Position numbers and translations under genes: made by a program | Notes under the pieces: model-generated | What the model was told of the DNA's origin: nothing | The model's input: only the letters and a program-made list of their open reading frames with translations | Databases searched by the model: none | Shown: positions 28,334 through 38,680 of the stretch, one piece after another | How positions within the stretch are numbered: the stretch's first letter is position 1 | How the letters are laid out: each line of letters begins with the position of its first letter | Assembly: GCA_045612965.1 (NCBI GenBank) | Contig: JAZLAC010000026.1 | Coordinates: forward strand, 4,845-68,844 | Reading direction: 5' to 3' | DNA length: 64,000 nucleotides | DNA from: Bacteroidaceae bacterium | GTDB taxonomy: Bacteria > Bacteroidota > Bacteroidia > Bacteroidales > Bacteroidaceae

Positions 28334-30748
28334 TCATTTTCTGATAACCTTCTTCTTTCCGTCAACGATTACTATACCTTCTTTGGGAAGGGCGTTCAGT
28401 TTCTGACCATGGAGGTTGTAGATACCTTTGGGAGCAACGCTTTCCCTGCCATTTACATCCTGAATGGAAGTGGCAAGAATGTCCTCAACCTCTATATTAG
28501 GGTTCTCGATGATGTACATTACAGAACCGTGGTCGTTCCAGGTCCAGTTGCGCACGGCGATTGTTGCCTCGTTAGTAACGATACAGGCAAAGTTTGTGGA
28601 GCCATCTGAATAACCGCCACCTGCATGGAAACTGAAAGTACCATCTCCATTATCACGAATCTTGTCAAGCGCAGTCTTCTCGTCGGTAAACATATAGTCA
28701 CGACCGCTGCGGGTAACGTAACTCTCCTTTGCTGGCTGATATAGATAGTAGGAATCTCCTTCCTTCAGGATTTGCCAGATGACGGTGTTATCAAAAGGGG
28801 TTACCTCCTGCTGGTAAATCTCGGCCACAGCCTGATTGCCAGTCAGTTTGTTGTAACTATAATCGGTAACGCCACGCAGACTTACATATTGATCGGTGAT
28901 GGTGCTGTTCCATGCCAGATAACCCTCGCCGCTTTTGGCCTTGATGTGGTAAGCCATATCGTTGCGAAGTTCAGAAAGACTGCTTATGGTTCTATACTCC
29001 TTTAAAGGACTATATGTGTAGGTAACGGTTACGGTGTTGTTTTCAAAAGCAACTGATACATTGTAGTCTTCAATAGCAATTGCAGTCACATCGTCCACGG
29101 TAAAGTATTGTGTACCTGAGATAACATCATCATTGCCATACTCCTGACTCATGTAGACAACGCCACCCTGGCCCTCGGGAGCACCTACTACCTTAACAGT
29201 ATAGTACTGAACCTGCTGCATGTCGCCCTTGATACTTACGTTGGCACCACGAAGATATTCTGCAGGAATAGTGTATGTACTATCGGCAGCAATTGCTGTT
29301 GCGGGAATAGTAACTGAAATCCAATTGGGATTGCCATTCTCGTCAAACTGGTCAGCGGCATTTACATTATAGCCATACTTCAACAGGAAGCCATACTGCA
29401 CGAAGCCCTTCTCGGGAATAATCTTCACTTTGAGAGGCTGAGCATAAGGAGTTACATAGTTGAGCAATGCGCTATTATCCTCAGCCAATACAATATCACC
29501 ATTCAATTGAGAAGCGCTAACGCTTACAGTTTCACCATGTACATCCAGTGTAACATCAGCCACAGCACCACCATCACTAATGATAGTTGAACTACCAGCT
29601 GGATTCAAACTATTCCAGTCCACTTTATAACGCATGCGATAGAAACCGGGAGCAGTGCTGGCAGGAACAGTAAAGTTGGGTACACCAGCAGCAATGTTGT
29701 TACCGTTTGCTACAGTTGTACCATCACTCTTATACCATGTCTCGCCTATCTGAGCTGCATTATAGCTAACGATATCACTACCCTCAGCAGGAGTACCATT
29801 ATCGTTTACTGTATAGGTGAAGACTCCATCATTTCCCCAGTCAGTATAAACGTATGCATTCATCCATCCACCGGTATATCCAAATGTGGGCTTTACGCTA
29901 TCACCAGCCTTGGCAGAGAAAACGTTTACGCCAACCAACTCGTTATATACCTTCTTATTGGACAGAGTAGCACTGTATGTGTTGTTGCCAACATTAAGTC
30001 CTACTGTATTTAGGCTGCGGTCTGAACGCACAGGAGCTGATTCATCATAGAAATCAAGAGCGTACTTATCGGTAGAGAAACGTTTCTCCGCATTGTTATC
30101 AACCACAATCTCATCAAAGTATGCTACCCAATCGCTTTCATCAGCATGAGGCGAACGAAGGTCGGGGATAATTACAAGCGAGTAAATGTCTATACCCTTG
30201 TTTGCTTCCTCGGTCTTGGAATAAGAGAAACCCTTGAAGCTGACAACGATGTCTTGCCAACCTTCCTTAGCCTTAACAGGAGAGTGGGTCCATGCCCAGA
30301 ATTGCTCATCCTCACCTGTCTGCCATGACCAACTGTCCTCAAGACGCTTACCAAGACCAATAACCATCATTCTTGAATCAGCAGGCTTATCCTTGAGATA
30401 GGCCATAACATGAATGTACTGCAACTGTTTGGTAACACGGATAGGCTCCTTGAGATCAATGCGCACACCATAGGTATTGCTGCCATGTCGGCTTCTCTGG
30501 AAAGCTACAACCTTGGACGTGGAGTTAGGTGCTGAACCCAACACTTCGTCTACGGCAACATCTGGATTGTCTGCCACACCAGCATTGCCTGCCAATGTGC
30601 CAAGACGGAAAGGACTTTCAGACCAGCTGTCATAAACACCTATCTTTGCAAAATCATCAGTATCAAAACTGATGGTTGTCTGTGCATTTGCGCCTAAGCT
30701 CATTGCAAGCAATAGCGCAGAAAATATTGTTTTGTTCTTTTTCATCAT
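28334..30748 (-). CDS. large secreted multi-domain protein with GEVED-like domain and T9SS C-terminal sorting domain
   Basis: 804-aa ORF. Signal peptide MMKKNKTIFSALLLAMSLGANAQ, GEVED-like YVYTDWGNDGVFTY, and a C-terminal ~70 aa ending KGIYNLHGQKLNALPKEGIVIVDGKKKVIRK that resembles the Por secretion tail. It starts 9 nt after the fucosidase stop. Confidence 0.7.
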   Translation of the reverse strand: MMKKNKTIFSALLLAMSLGANAQTTISFDTDDFAKIGVYDSWSESPFRLGTLAGNAGVADNPDVAVDEVLGSAPNSTSKVVAFQRSRHGSNTYGVRIDLKEPIRVTKQLQYIHVMAYLKDKPADSRMMVIGLGKRLEDSWSWQTGEDEQFWAWTHSPVKAKEGWQDIVVSFKGFSYSKTEEANKGIDIYSLVIIPDLRSPHADESDWVAYFDEIVVDNNAEKRFSTDKYALDFYDESAPVRSDRSLNTVGLNVGNNTYSATLSNKKVYNELVGVNVFSAKAGDSVKPTFGYTGGWMNAYVYTDWGNDGVFTYTVNDNGTPAEGSDIVSYNAAQIGETWYKSDGTTVANGNNIAAGVPNFTVPASTAPGFYRMRYKVDWNSLNPAGSSTIISDGGAVADVTLDVHGETVSVSASQLNGDIVLAEDNSALLNYVTPYAQPLKVKIIPEKGFVQYGFLLKYGYNVNAADQFDENGNPNWISVTIPATAIAADSTYTIPAEYLRGANVSIKGDMQQVQYYTVKVVGAPEGQGGVVYMSQEYGNDDVISGTQYFTVDDVTAIAIEDYNVSVAFENNTVTVTYTYSPLKEYRTISSLSELRNDMAYHIKAKSGEGYLAWNSTITDQYVSLRGVTDYSYNKLTGNQAVAEIYQQEVTPFDNTVIWQILKEGDSYYLYQPAKESYVTRSGRDYMFTDEKTALDKIRDNGDGTFSFHAGGGYSDGSTNFACIVTNEATIAVRNWTWNDHGSVMYIIENPNIEVEDILATSIQDVNGRESVAPKGIYNLHGQKLNALPKEGIVIVDGKKKVIRK

Positions 30749-30757
30749 GGCTATCTA

Positions 30758-32287
30758 TCAATATACGCTCAGGTTAGACAATAATGGACAAGCTCTGCTG
30801 TCAAGGATGGTGATACGAAGTTTTGTGGCTTTGTAACCCTCACCATAGCTTTCTGCTGTTTTTCCATTCAAAGGAACGATTCTCTTGTATCCCACAGTAG
30901 TGGTCTCTAATGCTGGGCAAAGTTCCTTCCAAGTGTTGCCGTCAGCACTATACTCCAACTTGAAGTCCTTGATACGCTGACCCAACTTGATAGGCTCCTG
31001 CATCATAACGTAGCGCAGAGTCTGAGGCTCGTTCCAAGAAAGTGTGATAGTGCCACTGAGACTGCCGTCGTTTGTAGCCCAATATGTTTCCTTGTCACCA
31101 TCAGTAAGGTTGGCAGCCTCATACTTACCGCCTGTGCGGGTCTCGCTGACTTCAATAGTAGCGGTCTTAGCAAGATCCTTTGCTGCTGTGCTCTCGTTCA
31201 TGCCATGAACAGGAACAGCAAGACGCTCGTGCAGCATCTTACCCAGACTCTTCAGCTCGTTAACGGTGTTTGTTGGCAACACGCCATACTGGTCAGGAGG
31301 ACAGTTGAGGATGAGAGTAGCATTGCGGCCTACAGTTTCCAAATACATCTGGAAGAGGCGAGCTGCACTTTTCATGGTCTCACCCTGATGCCAGAACCAG
31401 CCATTGTTGGTAGCCTTGGCGTCGCTCTCGCCTGGGTTCCAAAACCAACCGTTGATGTCGCCTTGCTCACGCACTACGTTCTCGTCCATGTAGTCGGTCA
31501 TGGCCCAGTTGCTGTCGCCTGCATAACCAGACTCGTTACCAATCCAACGAGCCTCGCCGCCTACACCCCAAAGCACGCAATTGGGAGCAATCTTATGCAC
31601 ACGGGCACGGAGGTTGGGAGTATCGTAATAGATGGAAGCATCCACCGAACGTGTACCACCCTCGCCACCATAGTAGCCGTCACCGCCATTGGCACCATCA
31701 AACCACATCTCAAACTGGTCGCTGCCGAACTCTGCCAATTCTTCGCACTGCTTCAGGAATACCTCAGTAACGTAGGTGTCCTTACCATAGTGTGCAGAAT
31801 TGCGGTCCCAAGGTGAGATATAGAAGCCATACTTCATACCGTGCTTCTGGCTTGCCTCAGCATAGAGCTGTGGGATATTGGCTGTACGTCCGTATTCCGA
31901 ACCGGCACCAGTGATATTATGCGTTGTTGTTGCTGTTGGCCACAGACAGAAACCGTCATGGTGCTTCACCACGGCAATACCGCCCTGCATGCCGGCAGCC
32001 TTCACCGATGTAATCCACTGTTCGGGATTGGGCATGGCCTTGGGGGCGTAGATGCTTTCTTTTTCATCACCGAAGCCCCATTCCTTGCCGGTGAAAGTGT
32101 TCATACCATAGTGGAAGAAGGCATAGAACTCGGTCTCGTTCCACAGAATCTGGCGCTTGTGAGGCACTGGGTGGCATGGTGCAGGGGCGTTGTCCGGATT
32201 AGACAGTTCCTGCTCAACCACCTTGAATTCCTGGGCAAATCCCGCCAAGGGGATTGTAAGCCCAACAAGAAGTGCTTTAATCTTCAT
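30758..32287 (-). CDS. alpha-L-fucosidase (GH29) with C-terminal F5/8 type C (discoidin) domain
   Basis: 509-aa ORF. It has a signal peptide, GH29 blocks VVKHHDGFCLWPT and EMWFDGANGG, and a C-terminal galactose-binding-like domain (NLTDGDKETYWAT). Confidence 0.8.
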   Translation of the reverse strand: MKIKALLVGLTIPLAGFAQEFKVVEQELSNPDNAPAPCHPVPHKRQILWNETEFYAFFHYGMNTFTGKEWGFGDEKESIYAPKAMPNPEQWITSVKAAGMQGGIAVVKHHDGFCLWPTATTTHNITGAGSEYGRTANIPQLYAEASQKHGMKYGFYISPWDRNSAHYGKDTYVTEVFLKQCEELAEFGSDQFEMWFDGANGGDGYYGGEGGTRSVDASIYYDTPNLRARVHKIAPNCVLWGVGGEARWIGNESGYAGDSNWAMTDYMDENVVREQGDINGWFWNPGESDAKATNNGWFWHQGETMKSAARLFQMYLETVGRNATLILNCPPDQYGVLPTNTVNELKSLGKMLHERLAVPVHGMNESTAAKDLAKTATIEVSETRTGGKYEAANLTDGDKETYWATNDGSLSGTITLSWNEPQTLRYVMMQEPIKLGQRIKDFKLEYSADGNTWKELCPALETTTVGYKRIVPLNGKTAESYGEGYKATKLRITILDSRACPLLSNLSVY

Positions 32288-32455
32288 AATGTTTAGTTAA
32301 TAATTTGTTTAGGTGTATTTCTCAATAATATTTGGTCCGCTATAATACTTTTGTCATCAAGTCAAGCGTATTTCATGCCTACTATGTTTGCCAGGCTTTA
32401 TTCCTTATATATACGCTATAATATATATATAGTATTGTGTCTTTTGTTTTGATTG

Positions 32456-32463
32456 CAAATTTA
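32456..32463 (-). promoter_or_regulatory. -7 promoter box (TAAATTTG) candidate for the fucosidase/T9SS operon
   Basis: Plus caaattta, reverse complement TAAATTTG, about 170 nt upstream of the fucosidase ATG in a 563-nt AT-rich spacer. Confidence 0.4.
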
Positions 32464-32526
32464 AGAAATCTTGCGCAAACATCAAAGACATCATACCAAA
32501 CAAGCTCCCCTTTTAATGGCATGTTA

Positions 32527-32547
32527 TTTTTTTTTTTTTGTTTTTTT
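32527..32547. repeat. homopolymer tract T13-G-T7
   Basis: Counted directly: 13 T (32527..32539), G, 7 T (32541..32547). It lies 64-91 nt upstream of the candidate -7 box relative to the minus-strand operon. Confidence 0.9.
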
Positions 32548-32850
32548 AACGTTTGTATACAGACATTGACATGCCACACCCTTTGTTATGTTAATTAAAC
32601 CTGTTAGACGTCTTGTCGGATTCTGCAAAATACAGTATCGAGGATTAAAGGATACATAATTGATAAATATACGCTTGCTTAATGTAATTCTTTTACAATT
32701 ACACTCATCTTGCCTTTATTTTGCACGAATTACCTTCTTCTTATGGATATAATTACCCCCTGAAAGTCTTTGGTCAACTTCCAGGGGGATTACAAGCGTT
32801 TGTTTTGTTAAGGCTAATGCGGTTCCGAGTGTTGCAGTCAAGTCTGCATC

Positions 32851-35172
32851 TTAGGGATTGCCATCGGAATCCGTGAAGAGTTCTTCATTAACATCGTCGG
32901 GCGCTTCAGACCACTTGGCTTTCAGGTCCTCGGGAATTTCGAAATTATCATCACGACTGTATCCCAATGATTCATCGTCGTACACCTTGTTCAGGAACGT
33001 CGCAACGACAGGCAGTGCCGAAGCTGCGCCCTGGCCGTTGGCCATTGAGGCAAAATGCACATCGCGTTCGTCGCCGCCAACCCATGCTCCGAATGAGAGG
33101 CTTGGGGTATAACCTATGAACCATCCATCGGAATTGTCGTTAGTAGTTCCCGTCTTGCCACCCATTGGGGATTTGATATTATATCTGAATCTCATGCGCG
33201 AACCTGTACCGCCATCCATTACGCCACGCATTAGTTCCACCATCTTCCATGCGGCATCGCTGCTGATGACATGCTGAATCTGTGGCACGAAAGTGGCCAG
33301 GACATTGCCATCGCTATCCTCTATCTTCGTTACAAAACGTGGGGCACGGCGCATACCCTCCCGGGCAAAGGCTGTATAGGCAGAAACCATTTCCAATACG
33401 CTGATTTCACAGGCTCCAAGGCACAGGGACATTGCGGGTTCTATCTGACGGTTAAGTACACCGAATTCGTGTATAAGGCTTACCAGCAACTCGGGGCTCA
33501 ACTGATTCATCAACCATGCCGAAATCCAGTTGTTGGATTGTGCCAAACCCCATTTCAATGTTACCATTTCGCCATATCTGCTACGGCTTGCATTTCGTGG
33601 CGTCCACTGCTGGTCGCCAACCTGATAGGTTACTTCCTCGTTGGGAGCAAGGTCGTAAGGACTGTATCCACTTTCCATGGCCAGGGCATAAAGGAAGGGC
33701 TTGATGGTAGAACCAACCTGACGACGTGCCTGTCCTGCCATATCGTAACGGAAGTGCGAGTAGTTCACGTCGCCAACATAGGCCTTCACGTCACCCATTT
33801 CCGTGTCCATGCAAACAAAGCCCGAGTGAAGGAATCCCTTGTAGTATTTGAGGGAGTCAAGGGGTGTCATTATGGTGTCTATATCGCCCTTGGGAGAATA
33901 TACGGTCATTCCTACGGGTACTTTGAATGATGCGTCAATGTCCTCAATGGGAATACCGGCAGCCTTCATGGTTACATATCTGGCGCTCTGACGCTTGGCT
34001 CTTTGGATATTTTCTTCGGCCTTTGAGGCGGTTAGGCCACAATAGTACGGACGACGTGGATTTTTGACCTGTTCCTTGTCGAAGGCCGACTGAAGAAAGT
34101 TTGCCACATGCTCATTGACACTCTCTTCGGCATATCGTTGCATTCGGCTGTCGATGGTGCAATATATCTTCAAACCGTCGGTATAGAGATTGTAATGACG
34201 GCCCTCCTTGTTTACATTCTTGTTGCACCATCCGTACAAGGGGTCTTCTTCCCACGACAAGGAGTCCTCGAAATACTGCTGCGCCTGCCAGGTCTCATAG
34301 TCATTGCGGTTAGGACGTTTTGCCATCAGAATCCTGCGCAAACGTTCACGTACATACATACCGGTTCCTGTCCTGTGGTCGGCCCTGCGGAAGTTCAACG
34401 TCAAAGGCAACTGCATGATGCTATCAGCCTCGCTTTCTGCAAGATACCCAGAGCGCACCATCTGTCCGAGCACGACGTTCCTGCGCACCTTGGCTCTTTC
34501 CGGCACACGTACTGGATTGTAGTATGAGGGGTTCTTGCACATACCTACCAACATGGCACACTCCTCGATAGAGAGGTCGCTGGGTTCCTTGCTGAAATAT
34601 GTGCGAGATGCGGTCTTTATGCCCACGGCATTGTGGAGGAAGTCAAAGTAGTTAAGGTACATTGTTATGATTTCCTCCTTGGTATAGAACCTTTCCAATT
34701 TGAGTGCAATCATCCACTCTATTGGTTTTTGGAAGAGTCGTTCCAGGGTGTTGGCGGCACGTTCGCTATAGAGCTGCTTGGCCAACTGCTGGGTGATGGT
34801 AGAACCTCCTCCGGCACTCTTTTGTCCGAGCAAGCCACGCTTTACTATTGCACGGAACAGAGCCTTGAAGTCAATGCCAGAATGTTCGTGGAAACGCTCG
34901 TCTTCTGTGGCAATCAGAGCCTGTATCATTGCGGGGGCAATGGAATCATACTCTGTAAAGATACGGTTGTTGGAACCATAGCTGTATGTACCCATTAGCT
35001 TGCCGTCGGCAGTAACTATCTGGCTGGCAAACTTGTCTACGGGATTTGACAACTGCTCCATATCGGGCATATATCCGATACGGCCGTCATTTATGGCCCA
35101 AAACACCCAACCTACAGTTGCCGTGCCGACGATGAGCAATAACCACAGAAAGATGAATATGACTTTCCTCAT
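32851..35172 (-). CDS. mrcA: penicillin-binding protein 1A (bifunctional glycosyltransferase/transpeptidase)
   Basis: 773-aa ORF. GT51 motifs EDERFHEHSGIDF and GGSTITQQLAKQ. Transpeptidase motifs STIKP and KTGTTND. Confidence 0.85.
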   Translation of the reverse strand: MRKVIFIFLWLLLIVGTATVGWVFWAINDGRIGYMPDMEQLSNPVDKFASQIVTADGKLMGTYSYGSNNRIFTEYDSIAPAMIQALIATEDERFHEHSGIDFKALFRAIVKRGLLGQKSAGGGSTITQQLAKQLYSERAANTLERLFQKPIEWMIALKLERFYTKEEIITMYLNYFDFLHNAVGIKTASRTYFSKEPSDLSIEECAMLVGMCKNPSYYNPVRVPERAKVRRNVVLGQMVRSGYLAESEADSIMQLPLTLNFRRADHRTGTGMYVRERLRRILMAKRPNRNDYETWQAQQYFEDSLSWEEDPLYGWCNKNVNKEGRHYNLYTDGLKIYCTIDSRMQRYAEESVNEHVANFLQSAFDKEQVKNPRRPYYCGLTASKAEENIQRAKRQSARYVTMKAAGIPIEDIDASFKVPVGMTVYSPKGDIDTIMTPLDSLKYYKGFLHSGFVCMDTEMGDVKAYVGDVNYSHFRYDMAGQARRQVGSTIKPFLYALAMESGYSPYDLAPNEEVTYQVGDQQWTPRNASRSRYGEMVTLKWGLAQSNNWISAWLMNQLSPELLVSLIHEFGVLNRQIEPAMSLCLGACEISVLEMVSAYTAFAREGMRRAPRFVTKIEDSDGNVLATFVPQIQHVISSDAAWKMVELMRGVMDGGTGSRMRFRYNIKSPMGGKTGTTNDNSDGWFIGYTPSLSFGAWVGGDERDVHFASMANGQGAASALPVVATFLNKVYDDESLGYSRDDNFEIPEDLKAKWSEAPDDVNEELFTDSDGNP

Positions 35173-35199
35173 GTTTATTCAAAAAACAGCATTTAATAT

Positions 35200-35658
35200 T
35201 TATTCCACAATGCGGACATCTCTCAATTCCACGTCTTTGTTGCAATAGCAGCAACGCAGAATATCCTTGCCGTCACCCACGGAACGGAAGCGTGTCTTCA
35301 TAGGCTCATTGTTAGTGATGCACTTGGGATTGGGACACTGCACTATGCCAACGAGTTCCTCGGGCATTACAACCGTACGCTTCTCAATAATCTCATAGTC
35401 CTTGATAACACACAAAGTGATATTGGGTGCTACGGCCGAAAGCTGGTTCAGTTCCTCGTCGGTAAAGTACTTGTCTGCTATCTTTATGATGCTCTTGCTG
35501 CCCATGACCGCACTCTTGAAGTTAAAGCCTATGGTAATGGCGTTGCACATCTTGTCCAAATGCAGCATACTCACTACGTCGAAGAGTCTTTCGCTGGGTA
35601 TATGATCCAATACGGTTCCGTTCTCTATGGCGGCAACCATCAGTTCCTTCTTGTTCAT
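35200..35658 (-). CDS. pyrI: aspartate carbamoyltransferase regulatory subunit
   Basis: The track ORF extends to an ATG at 35715. Homology to PyrI starts at MNKKELMVAAIENGTVLDHIP (ATG 35658, 152 aa). Zn-binding cysteines are CPNPKCITN and LRCCYCNK. Confidence 0.8.
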   Translation of the reverse strand: MNKKELMVAAIENGTVLDHIPSERLFDVVSMLHLDKMCNAITIGFNFKSAVMGSKSIIKIADKYFTDEELNQLSAVAPNITLCVIKDYEIIEKRTVVMPEELVGIVQCPNPKCITNNEPMKTRFRSVGDGKDILRCCYCNKDVELRDVRIVE

Positions 35659-35718
35659 GGATTGGTATTTTTCAGGTTTATACATTATTATACATCCCTT
35701 TTTCTGTCGATACATTCC

Positions 35719-36663
35719 CTACAAAATGGTAGTGTCGTTGATTACGTCGTCCAACGTGATGCCAAGCACGTCGCATATAAGTGCCTGACGTGCATAGAGG
35801 CCATTTTGGGCCTGCTGGAAATAGTAGGCGTATGGAGTATCGTCTATTGAATATTCAATCTCGTTCACACGGGGCAGCGGATGCAGTATCTTCATGTTTG
35901 GACGTGCCTTGCACAGCATGTCCTTCTTGAGCAGATAGCGATCCTTAACTCTCTCGTATTCGTCCAGGTCGGCAAAACGTTCCTTCTGCACACGGGTCAT
36001 ATAGAGAATATCGGCATCGCTGATGGTGTCTGCATCAAAGTCCTGGTGCTCAACATATTTTATGCCGTATTCATCACAATAACGCTTGTAGACGGCAGGC
36101 ATGGCCAACTCGTCGGGCGCAATGAAATGGAACGTGGGATTGAAGTGTCGCATTGCCATCAGCAGGGAGTGCACGGTACGGCCATACTTCAGGTCGCCCA
36201 CCATGTATATGTTCAGGTTGTCCAGCGTACCCTGAGTCTGGTAGATAGTATACATGTCAAGCATTGTCTGGGAAGGATGCTGGTTTGCACCGTCACCGGC
36301 ATTCATTATGGGCACTGGAGCCACCTCGCTTGCATAGAGGGCGGCACCCTCCAGATAATGGCGCATTACAATGACGTCGGCATAACTGGATACCATCATT
36401 ATCGTGTCTTTCAGTGTCTCGCCCTTAGTGCCGCTGGTTACTTTCGGGTCGGCAAAGCCTATGACGCGTGCACCAAGACGGTTGGCTGCCGTTTCGAAAC
36501 TGAGGCGGGTACGAGTAGATGGTTCAAAAAACAATGTAGCCACAACCCTGCCGGCAAGCAGACGGCGGTTGGGATGACGTTCAAACTCCTGAGCCATCCG
36601 TATCAGATACTCGATTTTCTCTCTGGAATGACCTGCGAGGGTCACAAGACTTCTATTCTTCAT
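35719..36663 (-). CDS. pyrB: aspartate carbamoyltransferase catalytic subunit
   Basis: 314-aa ORF. Motifs [17 protein letters not shown] and HPLPRVNEI. Confidence 0.9.
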   Translation of the reverse strand: MKNRSLVTLAGHSREKIEYLIRMAQEFERHPNRRLLAGRVVATLFFEPSTRTRLSFETAANRLGARVIGFADPKVTSGTKGETLKDTIMMVSSYADVIVMRHYLEGAALYASEVAPVPIMNAGDGANQHPSQTMLDMYTIYQTQGTLDNLNIYMVGDLKYGRTVHSLLMAMRHFNPTFHFIAPDELAMPAVYKRYCDEYGIKYVEHQDFDADTISDADILYMTRVQKERFADLDEYERVKDRYLLKKDMLCKARPNMKILHPLPRVNEIEYSIDDTPYAYYFQQAQNGLYARQALICDVLGITLDDVINDTTIL

Positions 36664-36690
36664 GGTCGGTTAGGTAACTCTTTTTCATGC

Positions 36691-36698
36691 CAAAGGTA
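36691..36698 (-). promoter_or_regulatory. -7 promoter box (TACCTTTG) for pyrBI
   Basis: Plus caaaggta, reverse complement TACCTTTG, 28 nt upstream of the pyrB ATG. Confidence 0.5.
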
Positions 36699-36805
36699 CG
36701 ACTTTATGTATAAAAATACCTGCACCACGGTATCTATTTTGACGTAAAACGTATAAAAAAGAGAAAATAACACCCTAATATAATATATGGTACGAAGATT
36801 TTTTA

Positions 36806-36813
36806 TACTTTTG
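36806..36813 (+). promoter_or_regulatory. -7 promoter box (TACTTTTG) for glyA
   Basis: tacttttg on the plus strand, 79 nt upstream of the ATG at 36892. It would leave only 16 nt before the track's upstream ATG (36829), supporting the shorter glyA start. Confidence 0.5.
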
Positions 36814-36891
36814 TAATCTATTAAAAACATGTTGCCGCTGTTTAGCATATATGCGGCATCCTTCTGGACAACAAATCAAAAACATTATAAT

Positions 36892-38166
36892 ATGGACAAG
36901 ACAGTCTTTGACTTAATCAGCGAAGAACGTGCCCGCCAGATGCGTGGCATCGAACTTATCGCCAGCGAGAATTTCGTTTCCGACCAGGTCATGCAGGCAA
37001 TGGGCAGTGTACTGACCAACAAATACGCCGAGGGATATCCTGGCAAGCGCTACTATGGCGGCTGCCAGGTTGTGGACAAGGTGGAGGAATTGGCCATTGA
37101 ACGTATTTGCAAGCTCTTTGATGCAGAGTATGCCAACGTGCAGCCTCACTCCGGTGCACAGGCCAATGCCGCCGTATTCCTGGCCTGCCTGAATCTGGGC
37201 GACACCTTTATGGGTCTAAACCTGGATCATGGCGGTCACCTTTCACACGGTTCAGCAGTAAACACCTCCGGCATCAACTACAAGCCCGTTGGCTATAACC
37301 TGAATAAGGAAACAGGCCGTGTTGACTACGACGAAATGGAGCGTCTGGCCCTGGAGCACAAGCCCAAACTTATCGTGGGTGGCGGTTCTGCATATAGCCG
37401 CGAGTGGGACTACCGCCGCATGCGCGAGATTGCCGACAAGGTTGGCGCAATACTCATGATAGACATGGCTCACCCTGCAGGCCTTATTGCCGCCGGCCTG
37501 CTGGACAATCCAGTCAAGTACGCCCATATCGTTACATCAACAACCCACAAGACCCTGCGCGGTCCCCGCGGCGGTATCATCCTCATGGGCAAGGACTTCC
37601 CCAACCTCTGGGGCAAGACAACTCCAAAGGGCGAGGTAAAGATGATGTCAGCGCTGCTGAACAGCGCCGTGTTCCCCGGTACACAGGGTGGTCCTCTGGA
37701 GCACGTCATTGCCGCCAAGGCAGTAGCCTTCGGCGAGGCTCTTGACCCCAAGTTCCGTGAATATGCAGCACAGGTAAAAAAGAATGCCGCCGTACTGGCC
37801 TCCGAACTCCAGAAGCGTGGCTTCTACATCGTAAGCGGTGGAACAGACAACCACTCCATGCTGGTGGACCTGCGCACCAAGTACCCCGAACTTACGGGTA
37901 AGGTTGCAGAGAAGGCTCTCGTGGCCGCCGACATCACCGCCAACAAGAACATGGTGCCTTTCGACAGCCGCTCAGCCTTCCAGACATCAGGTATCCGTCT
38001 GGGTACACCTGCCATTACCACACGTGGTGTGAAAGAGGACATGATGGCAGTGATTGCCGCTCTTATTGAACGTGTACTCAATGATCCCGAGAACGAGGAG
38101 AACATTGCCTCAGTTCGTTCCGAGGTTAATACCATGATGGCAGAATATCCTCTTTTTGCCTGGTAA
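36892..38166 (+). CDS. glyA: serine hydroxymethyltransferase
   Basis: The start is taken at [16 protein letters not shown] (ATG 36892), because the 21 upstream codons in the track ORF are non-homologous. PLP-lysine motif [15 protein letters not shown]. Confidence 0.95.
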   Translation: MDKTVFDLISEERARQMRGIELIASENFVSDQVMQAMGSVLTNKYAEGYPGKRYYGGCQVVDKVEELAIERICKLFDAEYANVQPHSGAQANAAVFLACLNLGDTFMGLNLDHGGHLSHGSAVNTSGINYKPVGYNLNKETGRVDYDEMERLALEHKPKLIVGGGSAYSREWDYRRMREIADKVGAILMIDMAHPAGLIAAGLLDNPVKYAHIVTSTTHKTLRGPRGGIILMGKDFPNLWGKTTPKGEVKMMSALLNSAVFPGTQGGPLEHVIAAKAVAFGEALDPKFREYAAQVKKNAAVLASELQKRGFYIVSGGTDNHSMLVDLRTKYPELTGKVAEKALVAADITANKNMVPFDSRSAFQTSGIRLGTPAITTRGVKEDMMAVIAALIERVLNDPENEENIASVRSEVNTMMAEYPLFAW

Positions 38167-38215
38167 GCAATAGGTATTCATGAGATTATCCACAACGGTG
38201 GATACACATAACCAT

Positions 38216-38256
38216 CGACTGCATCCGAAGAAATTCAGGTGCAGTCGTTTGTATAT
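38216..38256 (+). terminator. rho-independent terminator of glyA
   Basis: cgactgca (38216..38223) pairs with tgcagtcg (38240..38247), followed by tttgtatatat. It lies 50 nt after the glyA stop. Confidence 0.6.
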
Positions 38257-38482
38257 ATGCCCACCTAATGAACAGAAGATATTGTGTTGTGATTTTTCCT
38301 GATGAAAGGAAGCGAGAAAACACAAATGCCAAAAGAAAGATGACGTTTGTTGGTTGAAGAACACAGGAAACAAACAGCATGCTGAAATTTCTGCATCAAT
38401 TTGCACGGCAAACATCCTGAACACCAAACAGTTAGATTACCAACACTAAAAATAGCGGAGATTTTGCATTACAATGCCGACA

Positions 38483-38588
38483 GGTCCTCGTGAGAACGGA
38501 GGTCGGTCTTCCCGAGGTCAAGGCCTTGACATCCCGAGGACAAAGGTCCGTCTTCCCGAGAACAAAACAACGCTCTCCGGGAAGGAAC
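38483..38588 (-). repeat. GC-rich multi-hairpin intergenic element, copy A (inverted relative to copy B at 60856..60970)
   Basis: TCCCGAG-type heptamers recur at about 21-24-nt spacing in an otherwise AT-rich spacer. The reverse complement of 38486..38552 aligns without gaps to 60896..60962 with 52/67 identities (hand alignment). Confidence 0.75.
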
Positions 38589-38680
38589 TACAAAAGATAA
38601 CAGAAAACCGGATTTTATAGAACTGGAGGAAAGGAGCGTGTAAAAATTTTTATGATCTTGCCCTACCCTTTTGCCTATTC

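Noticed and set aside
32382-32579. 65-aa minus-strand ORF in the fucosidase upstream spacer.
   Set aside because: Its lysine run (KKQKKKNN) is simply the translated homopolymer tract. The region is AT-rich and the candidate promoter box lies inside the ORF.
36829-36891. N-terminal extensions offered by the ORF track: glyA from 36829, nqrB from GTG 44736, pyrI from 35715, moxR from TTG 23810, the GNAT from GTG 55975, the AlkZ-like gene from TTG 56709, and the lolE-like gene from TTG 2803.
   Set aside because: In each case homology to the family begins at a downstream ATG. The extension either starts at a rare codon, overlaps the upstream gene, or leaves no room after the -7 promoter box.
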